This document shows positions 1-10,729 of a stretch of DNA of 64,000 nucleotides, piece after piece. A program made the position numbers and the translations under genes. The stretch's first letter is position 1. The number at the start of each line of letters is the position of its first letter. The notes below the pieces were generated by a model, which searched no databases, was not told the origin of the DNA, and was given only the letters and a program-made list of their open reading frames with translations. The stretch comes from Azolla caroliniana (taxonomy: Eukaryota > Plantae > Polypodiophyta): contig JBHGNT010000013.1 in the NCBI GenBank assembly GCA_043228905.1, forward strand, positions 4,836,001-4,900,000. Reading direction: 5' to 3'.

Positions 1-1815
1 CGACACAATACCCCAAAGTTCCCGCTTGACTTGGGCATATCTTTGTTGCCGTTCGCTGAGAACCTTTGCTCCGAACCGGACGGCATATCGCGCATTATCT
101 TCACCTTCTTGATTGATGACCCACCCGATTCCGGTTGGGCTCCTATCTACGGTCACGTAAATTGGTTTCCCTTCAGCATAGTCGGCCTTCCTTAGTGCCG
201 GAGCTTCAAGAAGCAGTTTCTTTAATCTTCGCATCGCCTCTGTGTGCTCTTCTCGCCATTCGAACTTTATTCTTTTCTTTAGTAGTCCATATAACGGTTC
301 AGCGACATGAGCGTAGTGAGGAATCCATATATGATAAAACGCGCACGCTCCAAGGAACCTTCGAACCTCCGTTTGGTTTTCGCATTCTTCTTTCATGTCT
401 TGGATTGCATTCACTTTGGATGGCGAGGGCTTTCGGCCATATGCTCCACACAAGTGACCTACCACCAAGATCTCTGGTTGCCCGAATGCGGATTTTTCTC
501 CCGAAAATGTCAAATTCGCATCTTCGAGCCTTTGAAGCACCTTGTCGCAATCTTTCATATGATCCGCAACGAACTTTCTACAACCTTCCTTATCTTTCGA
601 TTCATCTTTCTCCTCATCTGAACATCCTTTTATCGGAATATCATCCAAGAATGGCATCGTGATGTCCGGAATGCAATCCTTCAAGACTTTATTCATGGCA
701 TTCACCATATGAGCCACCGAGTTCGTTGCGCCTTGGGGTAAGGTACACATCCGCACAAGCCCGATCGGAGTCCTCATGGTTGTAATGTCCCGACTGTCGA
801 TCGCCAATTGGAATTGGTCATATCTGGAGTAGAGATCGCCAATGGAGTAGATGGACCGGCCCGCAAACGCTTCGGCAAATTCATCCACGCTCGGACCGAT
901 TTCGGCATTTCGAATTGTCACCTTGTTGACGGGTTGAAGATCTTGGATGAATCGCAATGATCCATTCTTCTTCGGCACCGTGAACCACCTATTGGAATAA
1001 GGAGCATTCGACGGTTCTAGAATTCCCATACTCACCTTTTCTTTTAAGAGCTCGATCAGCTTCGGAAGGTGTGCTCTCGGAACCGGTATCGGTTTCAAAT
1101 TCCAAGGCACATGGGGCACCGTGAAGATCACCATTGGCTCTATAACCTTTGGGTCGGCGCATCCAATTTCTCGTGGGAAGAATGCGAAAGCCTTCCCATG
1201 TCTCTCAAGCATATCGCGAAACATTCGCTCCTCTTCAGGGAGAAGGAAATCCTCCTTTCCAACTCGTAGCTTCCCCTTCGTCTCTTTGGTGAAGTCATGA
1301 CCTATCTTCTTCGGATCTCTTAAGCTTGGATCATTAGCGACTTCCTTCATCTTTTGCCAGCTATCTTCCGGTAGCGGAACCGCAACTGGCTTGATCTTCT
1401 TATCCACTGTTTTATATTTCGTGTTGATGTCAGCTTCCTTCATCGAGATGCCACGACGGTATTCATCGATGATAGCGTACATGTTGACGGAGTTAACCGA
1501 AATCACGCATTGGTTGTGAAGATAGCTCAAGTCCACAACGTCCTCGATTTCGCCGATGGTGTCGTTAAATGAGGCTTCTTCCATAATATGAGTCACGAAC
1601 TCCCCTTCTTCTATTATGTTCTCTTCTTTCAGCATCTTCTCGAATTCTTGTATCCGGTGCTTGTGCTTCATGTCGGGTAGTACTAGTTTACATGCGCCAC
1701 TAGGTGTGACACATGTTGCTTCTCCTTGCAATCCATGCGCTCTTCTTTCTTGTGGGGTCTTGTGATTGCTCGGACTATTTGTGCCCCATGCTTCAATAGT
1801 CCGCTCTAAAAATCC
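1..1815 (-). CDS. Pol (RT, start of RNase H region), partial; -1 frame relative to gag-PR
   Basis: Manual translation gives KYKTVDKKIKPVA...LEPSNAPYSNRWFTVPKKNGSLRFIQDLQPVNKVTIRN...LPQGATNSVAHM...PFLDDI. The frame appears open to the window edge, which is why the ORF track omits it. Confidence 0.85.
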
Positions 1816-4010
1816 GAGGATTCGCCTCCGAGACTATCTCGATTCCTTTCATGATTGGCTCGCACTGTTAGGAATTGGACCGATCTTTGGTTGTCAAGAC
1901 TCTTTATTCGTGCGAAGGCTGCTCCATTATCGAACACTTTGGTCTCCATCCGAGATGATGTGATATAAGGTTGCCCTAGGATGACAGGATGCGACGCCGA
2001 TTCTTGTACGAAGAAGTGTTGATCCATCTCCACATCCCCGATCGTGACTTTGACATTGGGACAAGCTCCGTACAAGTCCTCCGTAGACTTTGTTGCCGCG
2101 CGAATCTTCCATCCGTGGTTTGTATTGATTGGCCATCTTCCCTTTTTATAGAAGTCGGTTGACATGAGGTTGATCTCCGAGCCGTGGTCGATCAAGGCTA
2201 CGACGGTCTCTTTCTTCTCCCCGATCTTCACCGGCGTCTCCGTTGTCGCTCGTGCCCAATGAGGTCGAGTGTAGTGGCTGTCCACCATATCTTCATCGAT
2301 TTCGTCTCTTTCCATCGTTATGGCATTCGTTTTTGCTTTTTGCGGCTTCTCTTCTTCCTCGTCCGATTGTTGTCTCTTTCTCTTTACAAGGTCCACGATC
2401 GTGTCATGGAACTCCTTCTTCGTAATGCCAAGCAATTCCCTCAAGGACAAAGTTACGTGGCTATCAAGAACTCGTTCTTCGAGAATCTTCTTTAGGTCCG
2501 TCGTCTGCTCTATGTCCGACCTTAGCTTATAGGTAGGTATGGTCCTTGTCCTCCGAGCGGGGTCTTCGACACCAACCTTCACGGGCCGAACCGTTTCTTC
2601 AACTCGTATGCTCGGCTCCCCTTTTCGGCTTGATTCTCGTTCCTCCGTTTGTAAAGGTTGACTCGTCTCCGCATCGTCCTTCTTTTTCGCGTTCCTTGTT
2701 TCATGTCTTTTCGATGGTCCTTGCTCTTCTATTCTCTTTCTCTTTTCTTCGACGAACACCTCGTGGTTGTCGCACATCACCTCCGCGAGTATGGTGTTGT
2801 CGTCCACCGGATCCGACCACCCGGTTATGTTTTGCACGCTTCGGTCCGCAAGCTCTACCTCGTTCGATGTGATTTTTCCCTTCTTCTCATATTCGAGAAC
2901 GGAAGTCCAAAACTTTGCTCCCGCTCTAGCAGCTTCAGTCTTGTCTTTCCCGACTCTTATTCCGGCCGACGCAGCATAGTGCATCGCATCCACATGAGTC
3001 GCATCGGCATCCTCCATAGATCTCTTCATTCCTCCTCTTCCGAAATTCACCCATAGGGGTCTTCTAGTCTCGCTTGAGCAGATTATGTTGTCCTCTATGT
3101 ATACGATATTTTGTCGAATCGCCTCTCGGAGGCTCGCACAATCCCTTCTCATGTGGTCCATGCTATCGCACCACACGCATCTAAAGGGTTCTTTTCCTTT
3201 AGGGCCCCGACGATTCATGTTGGCTAGCGTGACCTTCTCGAACTTCTTCGCTAGCTCTTCAATGATGTCGTCATCAATCTTCTTTTCTTCCACATTACTT
3301 TGTCTCGGCGGCTCAGCTACTTTCGGCGGTCTTGCTTTCTCCGTGGTAGTCGGTCCCGTCAAGTTGGTGTCATCAACCCATTGGCGATGCTTGTCGAGCC
3401 TATTGCATGCCCGCTTCACCGCGATCCAGTCCGCTACGAGCCCATTTGCTTGGGTATCATCTTCGAGAAGAGTCCCCAACTCCCGTTTATCCTTTATGTC
3501 CACGGCCTTCAAGAAGTACAAAGTCTTGTCCTCTTCAAGCAACACTTGGTCCGTATTGGGGAGACAACTAAACATCTGGTCGAATTCGTCGTACACCCTT
3601 GAGACGCTCATCTTCTTATTCTTCTTCTCTATCCACTTCATCAGGGCATGTTGAGTCATCCTCGTTGAGTCTTCAGTCACGAACTCAGCTAGTATCGTTT
3701 TCTCGAACTCGGACCATGTTGTCTTTCCTTCTTGAAGCTCGATGACGCGTCTTTGGATGTTGTTGGCGACAACTCTCTTGAAGCTTGCGATTTGACGTGC
3801 CTCGGACACGTCCCTTTGATTCATCTCCCTCTTATATGCATCAAGGAACTTCGTAACGTTCCTTCCATCGAATTGGCCCTCGAGCTCTACGACACGATCG
3901 ACAGCCTTCTCCACGCTCGCGTCGTTGTCCCGAGATCTCATCATTTGCTCGACGATTAGCATCATCCTTTCGAGCTCTCCTGCTTGGTTGCTTGAGGACG
4001 CCATCTCCAA
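1806..4010 (-). CDS. Gag-protease polyprotein
   Basis: 734 aa ORF with a zinc knuckle CVWCDSMDHMRRDC, an aspartic protease motif LIDHGSEINLM and a VILGQP motif. Confidence 0.9.
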   Translation of the reverse strand: MEMASSSNQAGELERMMLIVEQMMRSRDNDASVEKAVDRVVELEGQFDGRNVTKFLDAYKREMNQRDVSEARQIASFKRVVANNIQRRVIELQEGKTTWSEFEKTILAEFVTEDSTRMTQHALMKWIEKKNKKMSVSRVYDEFDQMFSCLPNTDQVLLEEDKTLYFLKAVDIKDKRELGTLLEDDTQANGLVADWIAVKRACNRLDKHRQWVDDTNLTGPTTTEKARPPKVAEPPRQSNVEEKKIDDDIIEELAKKFEKVTLANMNRRGPKGKEPFRCVWCDSMDHMRRDCASLREAIRQNIVYIEDNIICSSETRRPLWVNFGRGGMKRSMEDADATHVDAMHYAASAGIRVGKDKTEAARAGAKFWTSVLEYEKKGKITSNEVELADRSVQNITGWSDPVDDNTILAEVMCDNHEVFVEEKRKRIEEQGPSKRHETRNAKKKDDAETSQPLQTEERESSRKGEPSIRVEETVRPVKVGVEDPARRTRTIPTYKLRSDIEQTTDLKKILEERVLDSHVTLSLRELLGITKKEFHDTIVDLVKRKRQQSDEEEEKPQKAKTNAITMERDEIDEDMVDSHYTRPHWARATTETPVKIGEKKETVVALIDHGSEINLMSTDFYKKGRWPINTNHGWKIRAATKSTEDLYGACPNVKVTIGDVEMDQHFFVQESASHPVILGQPYITSSRMETKVFDNGAAFARIKSLDNQRSVQFLTVRANHERNRDSLGGESSDF

Positions 4011-4045
4011 GTATTAATCTCGACTTGATCCTTCCTACCGCCTCT

Positions 4046-4062
4046 TCACGTCGGGTTCACCA
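4046..4062 (-). promoter_or_regulatory. Primer binding site complementary to tRNA-Trp
   Basis: Minus-strand TGGTGAACCCGACGTGA lies 8 nt from the LTR end and matches the 3' end of plant tRNA-Trp (...TCACGTCGGGTTCACCA, from memory). Confidence 0.85.
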
Positions 4063-4070
4063 CTTAATTA

Positions 4071-4632
4071 TGTCGTGAAGATCCGTCACTACGCGCGGAT
4101 CGTGAGGCGGAACCGCCGGGGTTCTGGACCAGAAGGATTTAGAGTCGTTTGGCGAGAAAGTACTTAAGAAAGATTGGGAAAGAGAGAAGATGAGATTACA
4201 CGATTGCTTTGATAACGAATTTCTCCTTCTTAATTTTCATAAAAAAAAACCCGTGTTTTTCTCCTCCCCCTTCCCTCTTTTATAGATGCTCTCATGCATA
4301 TGATGCATGTGAGGGTACAAGACATGCATAAATTGCATGTTTGCCATTTGGCGCTTAAGTATTACATGTGGTGCATGCTAACCATGTCACACATTTTAGC
4401 ACTCATGGATGAGAATTTACATGTAAAAGTACAATGATAGAAATATAAGTTCAACTAAATATTATGGCTTAATGGTAAGCCATTTGACTCCTAACTTGGA
4501 GGTGCAAGGTTCGAATCCATACTTGCCTTCCTTGTATATGTAAATATGTATATATTTTTATATATTTATTTTATCTAGTCGTCGGTTCGCCAGATACCGT
4601 CGCCGGATGCCGCCGCCGGATACCGGTGCCGC
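4071..4632 (-). repeat. 5' LTR of the Trp-primed Gypsy, inner part; continues at 10321-10729
   Basis: TG terminus next to the PBS, minus-strand TATA-like box near 4280, split by an insertion with TSD GCCGC. Confidence 0.85.
4465..4518 (+). promoter_or_regulatory. tRNA-like Pol III internal promoter (A box + B box) inside the LTR, antisense to the element
   Basis: A box TGGCTTAATGG at 4465-4475 with a GGCTT/AAGCC D-arm hairpin; perfect B box GGTTCGAATCC at 4508-4518; tRNA spacing. Confidence 0.7.
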
Positions 4633-4930
4633 TATCATGATATGGCAAGACTCGAACCCATGACCTTAGGTTATATGGGTCGAGCTCTTGACCATTAGAC
4701 CATCTATTGTAATACGTAGGATATTATTTTCATTTACATTTTATTATAGGAAATTAGTGTATATTCCAGATTTCTCTAGAACATTCTAGAAGCTTCAGGA
4801 TTACTCCTGAAAACACTATAAAAGAGGGCACTAGGCATTATGTTGAACCAAATTGGTTCAACGCCAGTCTTAAGCCTTTTAGCCACCGTTGTATATTCTC
4901 TTCATATAATAAATATCTTTCTTATCATCA

Positions 4931-4964
<34 letters not shown>

Positions 4965-5068
4965 GTCTCGCTCACTTCTTCCTTCTCTCGAAGAAGTTCC
5001 ACACCTCTCATAGTACTAATCCTTCGTTTAGTACTAATTCCTTCTCTGTCTCAGTACTGTTCATGACA
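4633..5068 (+). repeat. 5' LTR of chromovirus copy 1
   Basis: TA(TG)TCATGA...TCATGACA termini, TATAAAA at 4817, direct repeat of 9868-10315. Confidence 0.95.
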
Positions 5069-5070
5069 GT

Positions 5071-5081
5071 TTGAACCAATT
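5071..5081 (+). promoter_or_regulatory. Self-priming PBS (Tf1 type)
   Basis: TTGAACCAATT is the exact reverse complement of LTR 4851-4861 (AATTGGTTCAA), about 30 nt after the TATA box. No TGG-type tRNA PBS is present. Confidence 0.75.
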
Positions 5082-5142
5082 TTCCCTACCTTCTGTCTCT
5101 CTCATTTCCTACTAATCTTTTATTCCTCTTTTCTTTCATCCC

Positions 5143-6294
5143 ATGGCCACTGTTAGCGCTGAAGAATATCAATCTGTTTTCTCGGAATTCCAATGCTTGA
5201 AGGAGAAGTTCCATGCTTTGGAACAAGAAAACCAACGGTTGCTGGGGGATCTTCAGCAAATCTCCTTAGAAAAGCAGCAAACGCAACAACAACATGGGGA
5301 ACTTGCGTTACGCGTGCAACAACTCGAAGCCACCATCGTAGCGATGCAACAACATGGGCCCGGAACACAAGGGATTCATAAAGAACCTAAGATTGGCCTT
5401 CCCACGAAGTTCGATGGAACGCGATCGCAGTTTAGAGGGTTCCTTAACCAGGTACGATTAGTTATTCAAATGCATCCTTCCCGATATCCCACCGATGCAT
5501 CACGAGTGGGTTTAGTAGGCACTTTGTTAAGTGGCTCAGCGTTGTCATGGTTCGCTCCACTATTAGAAAAGGAATCTCCGTTACTCAACAATTTTGAAGA
5601 GTTTCTAGGTGAGTTTAAAGCATGTTTCGGAGATACTGACAGCATCAGGACCGCAATCAACAAAATCCGGCGATTACACCAAGGTGACCATCCAGCCTCC
5701 GCATACGCTGCAGATTTTCGCCTACTCGCCGCCGATATCCCTTGGGATGATCAAGCGTTATTGGAGCAATTCCGTTATGGTTTACGCAACGACGTCAAGG
5801 ATTTACTCTTGACCTTCCCCGAAGAGCCAAAGTCCTTAACAAAAGCAATAAGTCGCGCGGTGAGATGTGACAACCGCCTCTTTGAGCGACGTTCGGAACG
5901 ACAGCTACAGATGCCGAGGGCAAGATCAGAGCCCACCTACGCCTCAGTGGTAGCAAGACCTTTTCCGAGGGAGTCATATAATGCGTCTCCAGCGAATACT
6001 CCGACTCCGATGGAGATTGACACTACACGTCGTCGAGGGCCATTATCCGAAGAAGAAAAGCAGCGACGCCGTACAAATCGACTATGTCTTTACTGCGGTG
6101 GACCAGGACATATCGCAATAAATTGCCCCCATAGGCCAAGAAGACAGGTAAACCAAATAGTCGCTAGTTCTAATTGTACTAAATCCGAACCTATTTCAGT
6201 AGGGATATCTGATAGTCCTAATAGTACTAATATCCCAGATCTAGCAAACAAATTTGATGTCCTTAGTCAGTTAGAAGAAGAGTTAAACGACTAA
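5143..6294 (+). CDS. Gag of chromovirus (capsid of the PEG10/sushi-like type, CCHC knuckle)
   Basis: N-terminal coiled coil, LPTKFDGTRSQFRGFLNQ, F..GL...VKD.L, PMEID and RLCLYCGGPGHIAINCP. Confidence 0.95.
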   Translation: MATVSAEEYQSVFSEFQCLKEKFHALEQENQRLLGDLQQISLEKQQTQQQHGELALRVQQLEATIVAMQQHGPGTQGIHKEPKIGLPTKFDGTRSQFRGFLNQVRLVIQMHPSRYPTDASRVGLVGTLLSGSALSWFAPLLEKESPLLNNFEEFLGEFKACFGDTDSIRTAINKIRRLHQGDHPASAYAADFRLLAADIPWDDQALLEQFRYGLRNDVKDLLLTFPEEPKSLTKAISRAVRCDNRLFERRSERQLQMPRARSEPTYASVVARPFPRESYNASPANTPTPMEIDTTRRRGPLSEEEKQRRRTNRLCLYCGGPGHIAINCPHRPRRQVNQIVASSNCTKSEPISVGISDSPNSTNIPDLANKFDVLSQLEEELND

Positions 6295-9200
6295 GTCCAG
6301 CCAAAATAGGAGCCGTTTGGTTGGACAGCCCTAGATCTGTGCAGCCCATTAGTGGTTCCATTCCCTCTAAGCAAGTTAGTGATGTGTTCGTAGCCCAAGT
6401 AATAGTTAGTACTAAAAGTACCCCTCCAGTACATGTCCTAGCACTCCTAGATTCCGGAGCTAACTCTTGCTTTATGGATAAGAAATTTGCTCAAGCTCAT
6501 AAGATATCCCTAAGAAAACTCCAGTGTCCAGCCTCTGTAATAGTCATTGATGGACGTCCCATTGCTTCCGGAAATATCCTAGAAGAGTCAGAGCCCATTA
6601 ATATTGTCCTAGATAACTTAGTATGTGTAGTATCATTTAATATTATTAGTATCCCAGAACATCCTATAGTTTTAGGACTACCGTGGTTCGAGTTACATAA
6701 CCCTGACATAGATTGGAGAACAAGAGAAATCCGGTGTAGAAAAACCCAAGGGTCAACTCAGAAGATGGCAACCATTTCGCTACGTCAGTTGCGTAAAGAA
6801 GGGCACGAGGAAATGTTCCTCTTTGCAATATCAGTAAACCCCTCCAACACCACTAAAGAAGAATCCACCGTTCAACTTCCCGAGAAGTATCGCCATTACA
6901 CCGATGTGTTCGATAAAGTACAAGCCAACACACTTCCTCATCATCGACCGTACGATTGCCCCATCGATTTACAACCGGGAAAAGAGCCGCCATGGGGACC
7001 GATCAACAATTTGTCACCAACCGAGCTGGAAGTCCTTCGGGCCTATATAGAGGAGAATTTGGAAAATGGTTTCATTCGGCATTCGAAATCTCCAGCCGGT
7101 GCGCCCATTTTCTTCGTCAAGAAAAAAGATGGATCGCTTCGTCTCGTTGTAGATTACCGTGGCTTGAATAAGGTTACAATCAGGAATAGGTATGCTCTTC
7201 CCCTTATCTCAAGTCTTTTAGAACGGATCAATGGTGCCAGGTTCTTCACGAAGATCGACTTACGGGGAGCATATAACCTCGTACGGATCCGACCAGGAGA
7301 CGAATGGAAGACCGCGTTTCGCACCAGATATGGGCACTTCGAGTATACTGTCATGCCGTTCGGCCTCACTAATGCGCCGGCAGTCTTCCAGCACATGGCT
7401 AATGATATATTCCGAGATCTATTGGATGATTGTTTGATCATCTATTTGGATGATCTACTGGTTTATTCAAAGACCCAAGAAGAACATGATTCTTATGTAC
7501 TATTAGTACTAAAACGACTTCGAGAACATGGTCTGTATGCAAAGCTAGAAAAATGTAGTTTCGGGTGCAACCAAGTGGAATTTCTCGGCTACATCATTTC
7601 GTCAGAAGGCATCTCCATGGACCCAGCTAAGGTCAGAACAGTGGTAGAATGGTAGACTCCGCGTTCGGTACGGGATGTGCAATGCTTCTTAGGCTTTGCC
7701 AATTTTTACCGGAAGTTCATACAGGATTACTCAAAGATCGTTCTACCTCTCACACAACTTACCGGGAAGGGACAACCGTTCACCTGGTCTGAAGAAACGG
7801 ACATGGCTTTCGAGAGTCTTAAAAAAGCATTTACATCGGCTCCAATTCTAGCTCATGTCGATCCGGAGAAACCATTCATTATCGAAGCTGACGCATCGGA
7901 TTTTGCATTGGGGAGCATTCTGTCACAACAGGGGAATGATGAAAAGCTACATCCTGTGGCTTTTCACTCACGCAAGTTTGATGCCGCCGAAATCAACTAC
8001 AAAATCCATGATAAGGAGCTATTGGCAATAGTGGATTCTTTTATGCAATGGAGGCATTTTCTGGAGGGATCCTCTCATCCAGTCACCGTATTTAGTGACC
8101 ACAAGAATCTTGCCTACTTTCAGGATGCTCGTGTGTTGAATCGACGTCAAGCTCGGTGGGCCCACTTCCTCACGCGTTTCGACTTCAAAATTACATATCG
8201 TCCGGGGAGGCACCAAGGGAAGGCAGATGCATTATCATGGCGTTCGTATCTAACACCCCGTCCCGGCGAGCCAGCTTTCGATAACCAAAAACAAGTCATC
8301 TTGGGACCGGCACGATTACAAGCAACACAAATCTTTGACATGCCTATGGATTCCCGCGTTATCGATACCATACGTGAAGACTTGAAGACAGATGCGTTCG
8401 CCCAAGCTATACTAGCACAAATTGATCCCTCTCAAGCGTCGTGTTCACAGTCGCAACCACCAGGTATGGACTATCGGCAATTCAAATACCATGATGGATT
8501 ACTCTTCTTTAAAGAACTTTTGTATGTTCCTAATGGTTCTTGCCGCCTTCGAGTAGTACAAAACTGTCATGACACATATACAGCTGGGCATTTTGGTAGT
8601 ACTAAAACATTACATTTAGTACAACGATCATTCTGGTGGCCCTGTATGCGACAATTTGTCGAGGATTTTGTTCGGACTTGTGATACATGTTGTAGAGCGA
8701 AAATGCCAAGGCATCATCCATATGGTTTATTAGAACCATTATCAATTCCAAGCAAGCCGTGGCAATCCATTGCTCTAGACTTCATCACAGATCTTCCAGT
8801 CTCTAAGGGGTTCAATGCGATTCTAACGGTGGTCGATCGATATACGAAGATGGCTCATTTCTTGCCATGTACTAAGGAGATCTCCAGTGAAGACACTGCC
8901 GAAATTGTCATGCGTGAAGTATGTCGGCATCATGGACTCCCCGATAGTATCATCAGCGACCGTGGACCCCAGTTCGTGTCAAAATTCTGGAAGCACCTTT
9001 TTAACATGCTCAAGGTCACTTGTAACCTCTCTTCCGGCTACCACCCACAAACTGACGGCCAAGCTGAACGAACAAATCAAACGTTGGAGCAGTATCTGCG
9101 GTGCTTTCTCAGCTATCATCAGGACGACTGGGCAGATATTCTCCACTTCGCCGAATTTGCCTATAACAACTCTATCCACGCATCCACTAAAGTTACGCCA

Positions 9201-9875
9201 TTTTATGCTTATACGGGATGTCACCCCCGGTGGAGTGTACTTGAAACCCTAGAGGTGTCCACAAATCCGTGCGCGGAGGATCGTTTGGAGCGGTTACGCA
9301 AGATACAAGCGGATTTATCTACTCATCTCCAGCAAGCTCAACAAACACACAAGGTCTACGCGGATCGTCATCGACTTCCATCTAGTTTTAATATTGGAGA
9401 TCGGGTGTGGTTGCTACGACGACATATCAAGACTACTCGCCCATGTGAGAAGTTGGATTATCGGCGATTAGGTCCTTTCCGTATTATTGGAAAGATTAAT
9501 GATGTTGCTTTTCGTCTCGATCTACCTCCTCAACTTCGGATACATCCAGTGTTTCATAGTTCTCTCTTCGAACCCTACCACGAGAGCACCATCCCAGAAC
9601 GTCTTATCCAACCTCCACCCCCGATCGAGCTTGAAGATGGGCCGGAGTACGAGGTTGCCGCCATTCTTGATTCCAAGATTGTTCGCAACAAGCTCTACTA
9701 TCTAGTCGATTGGCTAGGCTATAGTCCCAGCGAACGTACTTGGGAACCGATCGAGAATGTAACCAATGCTCGTGCTCTTCTTGAAGACTTCCATCGTCAA
9801 TATCCACACAAACCGGGTCCTCAATCCAAGACGACTCGTGACACTCGTCGTTTTAAAGGGGGGATAGTGTCATGA
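6282..9875 (+). pseudogene. Chromovirus Pol (PR-RT-RNaseH-IN-chromodomain) with one in-frame stop at 7653-7655
   Basis: Motifs LLDSGA, YLDD, EADASDFALG, HDTYTAGHFG...CDTC, SDRGPQF, GPF and a chromodomain EYEVAAILDSK...YLVDWLGY...TWEP. The ORFs starting at 6321 and 7677 share a frame; the TAG corresponds to CAG in copy 2. Confidence 0.93.
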
Positions 9876-10162
9876 TATGGCAAGACTCGAACCCATGACC
9901 TTAGGTTATATGGGTCGAGCTCTTGACCATTAGACCATCTATTGTAATACGTAGGATATTATTTTCATTTACATTTTATTATAGGAAATTAGTGTATATT
10001 CCAGATTTCTCTGGAACATTCTAGAAGCTTCAGGATTACTCCTGAAAACACTATAAAAGAGGGCACTAGGCATTATGTTGAACCAAATTGGTTCAACGCC
10101 AGTCTTAAGCCTTTTAGCCACCGTTGTATATTTTCTTCATATAATAAATATCTTTCTTATCA

Positions 10163-10211
<49 letters not shown>

Positions 10212-10315
10212 GTCTCGCTCACTTCTTCCTTCTCTCGAAGAAGTTCCACACCTCTCATAGTACTAATCCTTCGTTTAGTACTAATTCCTTCTCTGTCTCA
10301 GTACTGTTCATGACA
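9868..10315 (+). repeat. 3' LTR of chromovirus copy 1
   Basis: TGTCATGA...TCATGACA after the PPT; near-identical to the 5' LTR. Confidence 0.95.
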
Positions 10316-10729
10316 GCCGCATGCCGTCGGATCACCGGCTCCATCGCCGGTCCGGTTTTGGTTAGCCAAAACCCTTTACGAGTAGCTAGCCACCTCCACT
10401 CTAAGTTCAAGTTACCTTGAACTCTCTATGCTCCACACATATACACAAAGATAATATCTTTTGCTCCTCCTTATATATGATGAGAGCCGTATTTGTCGTG
10501 CCTATGTGGGATATCTCACAATTTTCTCTTTTCTTTTCACAAACTTTATACCCTTATATCTTGACATTTAGTTGTCCATTTCTCGTGTAATAAAGTGCAT
10601 TCGAAACCTCCATCATTTTGTACTTAGATATTAAAAATGTTATCTTCACAATTATTGTATTACATGATTCATACTCGATTTTGTACGTTTTATGGGATTT
10701 TCACACTATTGCCGAAAATCTTCACGACA

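Larger units (their letters stand above)
4633..10315 (+). mobile_element. Full-length chromoviral Ty3/Gypsy element (Tcn1/Tf1-like), recent insertion
   Basis: LTRs at 4633-5068 and 9868-10315 differ, by my reading, at 3 substitutions plus CT-repeat length. TSD GCCGC at 4628-4632 and 10316-10320, PPT near 9855-9864, domain order gag + PR-RT-RH-IN-chromodomain. Confidence 0.97.
1..10729 (-). mobile_element. Non-chromoviral Ty3/Gypsy LTR retrotransposon, tRNA-Trp primed; 5' half, runs off the left window edge
   Basis: The LTR has inverted termini TGTCGTGAAGA (4071) and TCTTCACGACA (10729) and is interrupted by a chromovirus at 4633-10315. A PBS, a gag-PR ORF and an RT frame lie on the minus strand. 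The element is inserted into a Copia RT. Confidence 0.9.

Noticed and set aside
135-3959. Numerous plus-strand ORFs opposite gag-pol, and similar shadow ORFs elsewhere
   Set aside because: These are antisense or alternative-frame shadows of retroelement coding sequence.
4455-4530. Functional tRNA gene (CCT anticodon-like loop)
   Set aside because: The acceptor, anticodon and T stems do not pair properly; treated as a tRNA-like promoter cassette only.
7653-7655. Stop-codon readthrough in pol
   Set aside because: Copy 2 has CAG at this position; a simple C-to-T mutation explains it.
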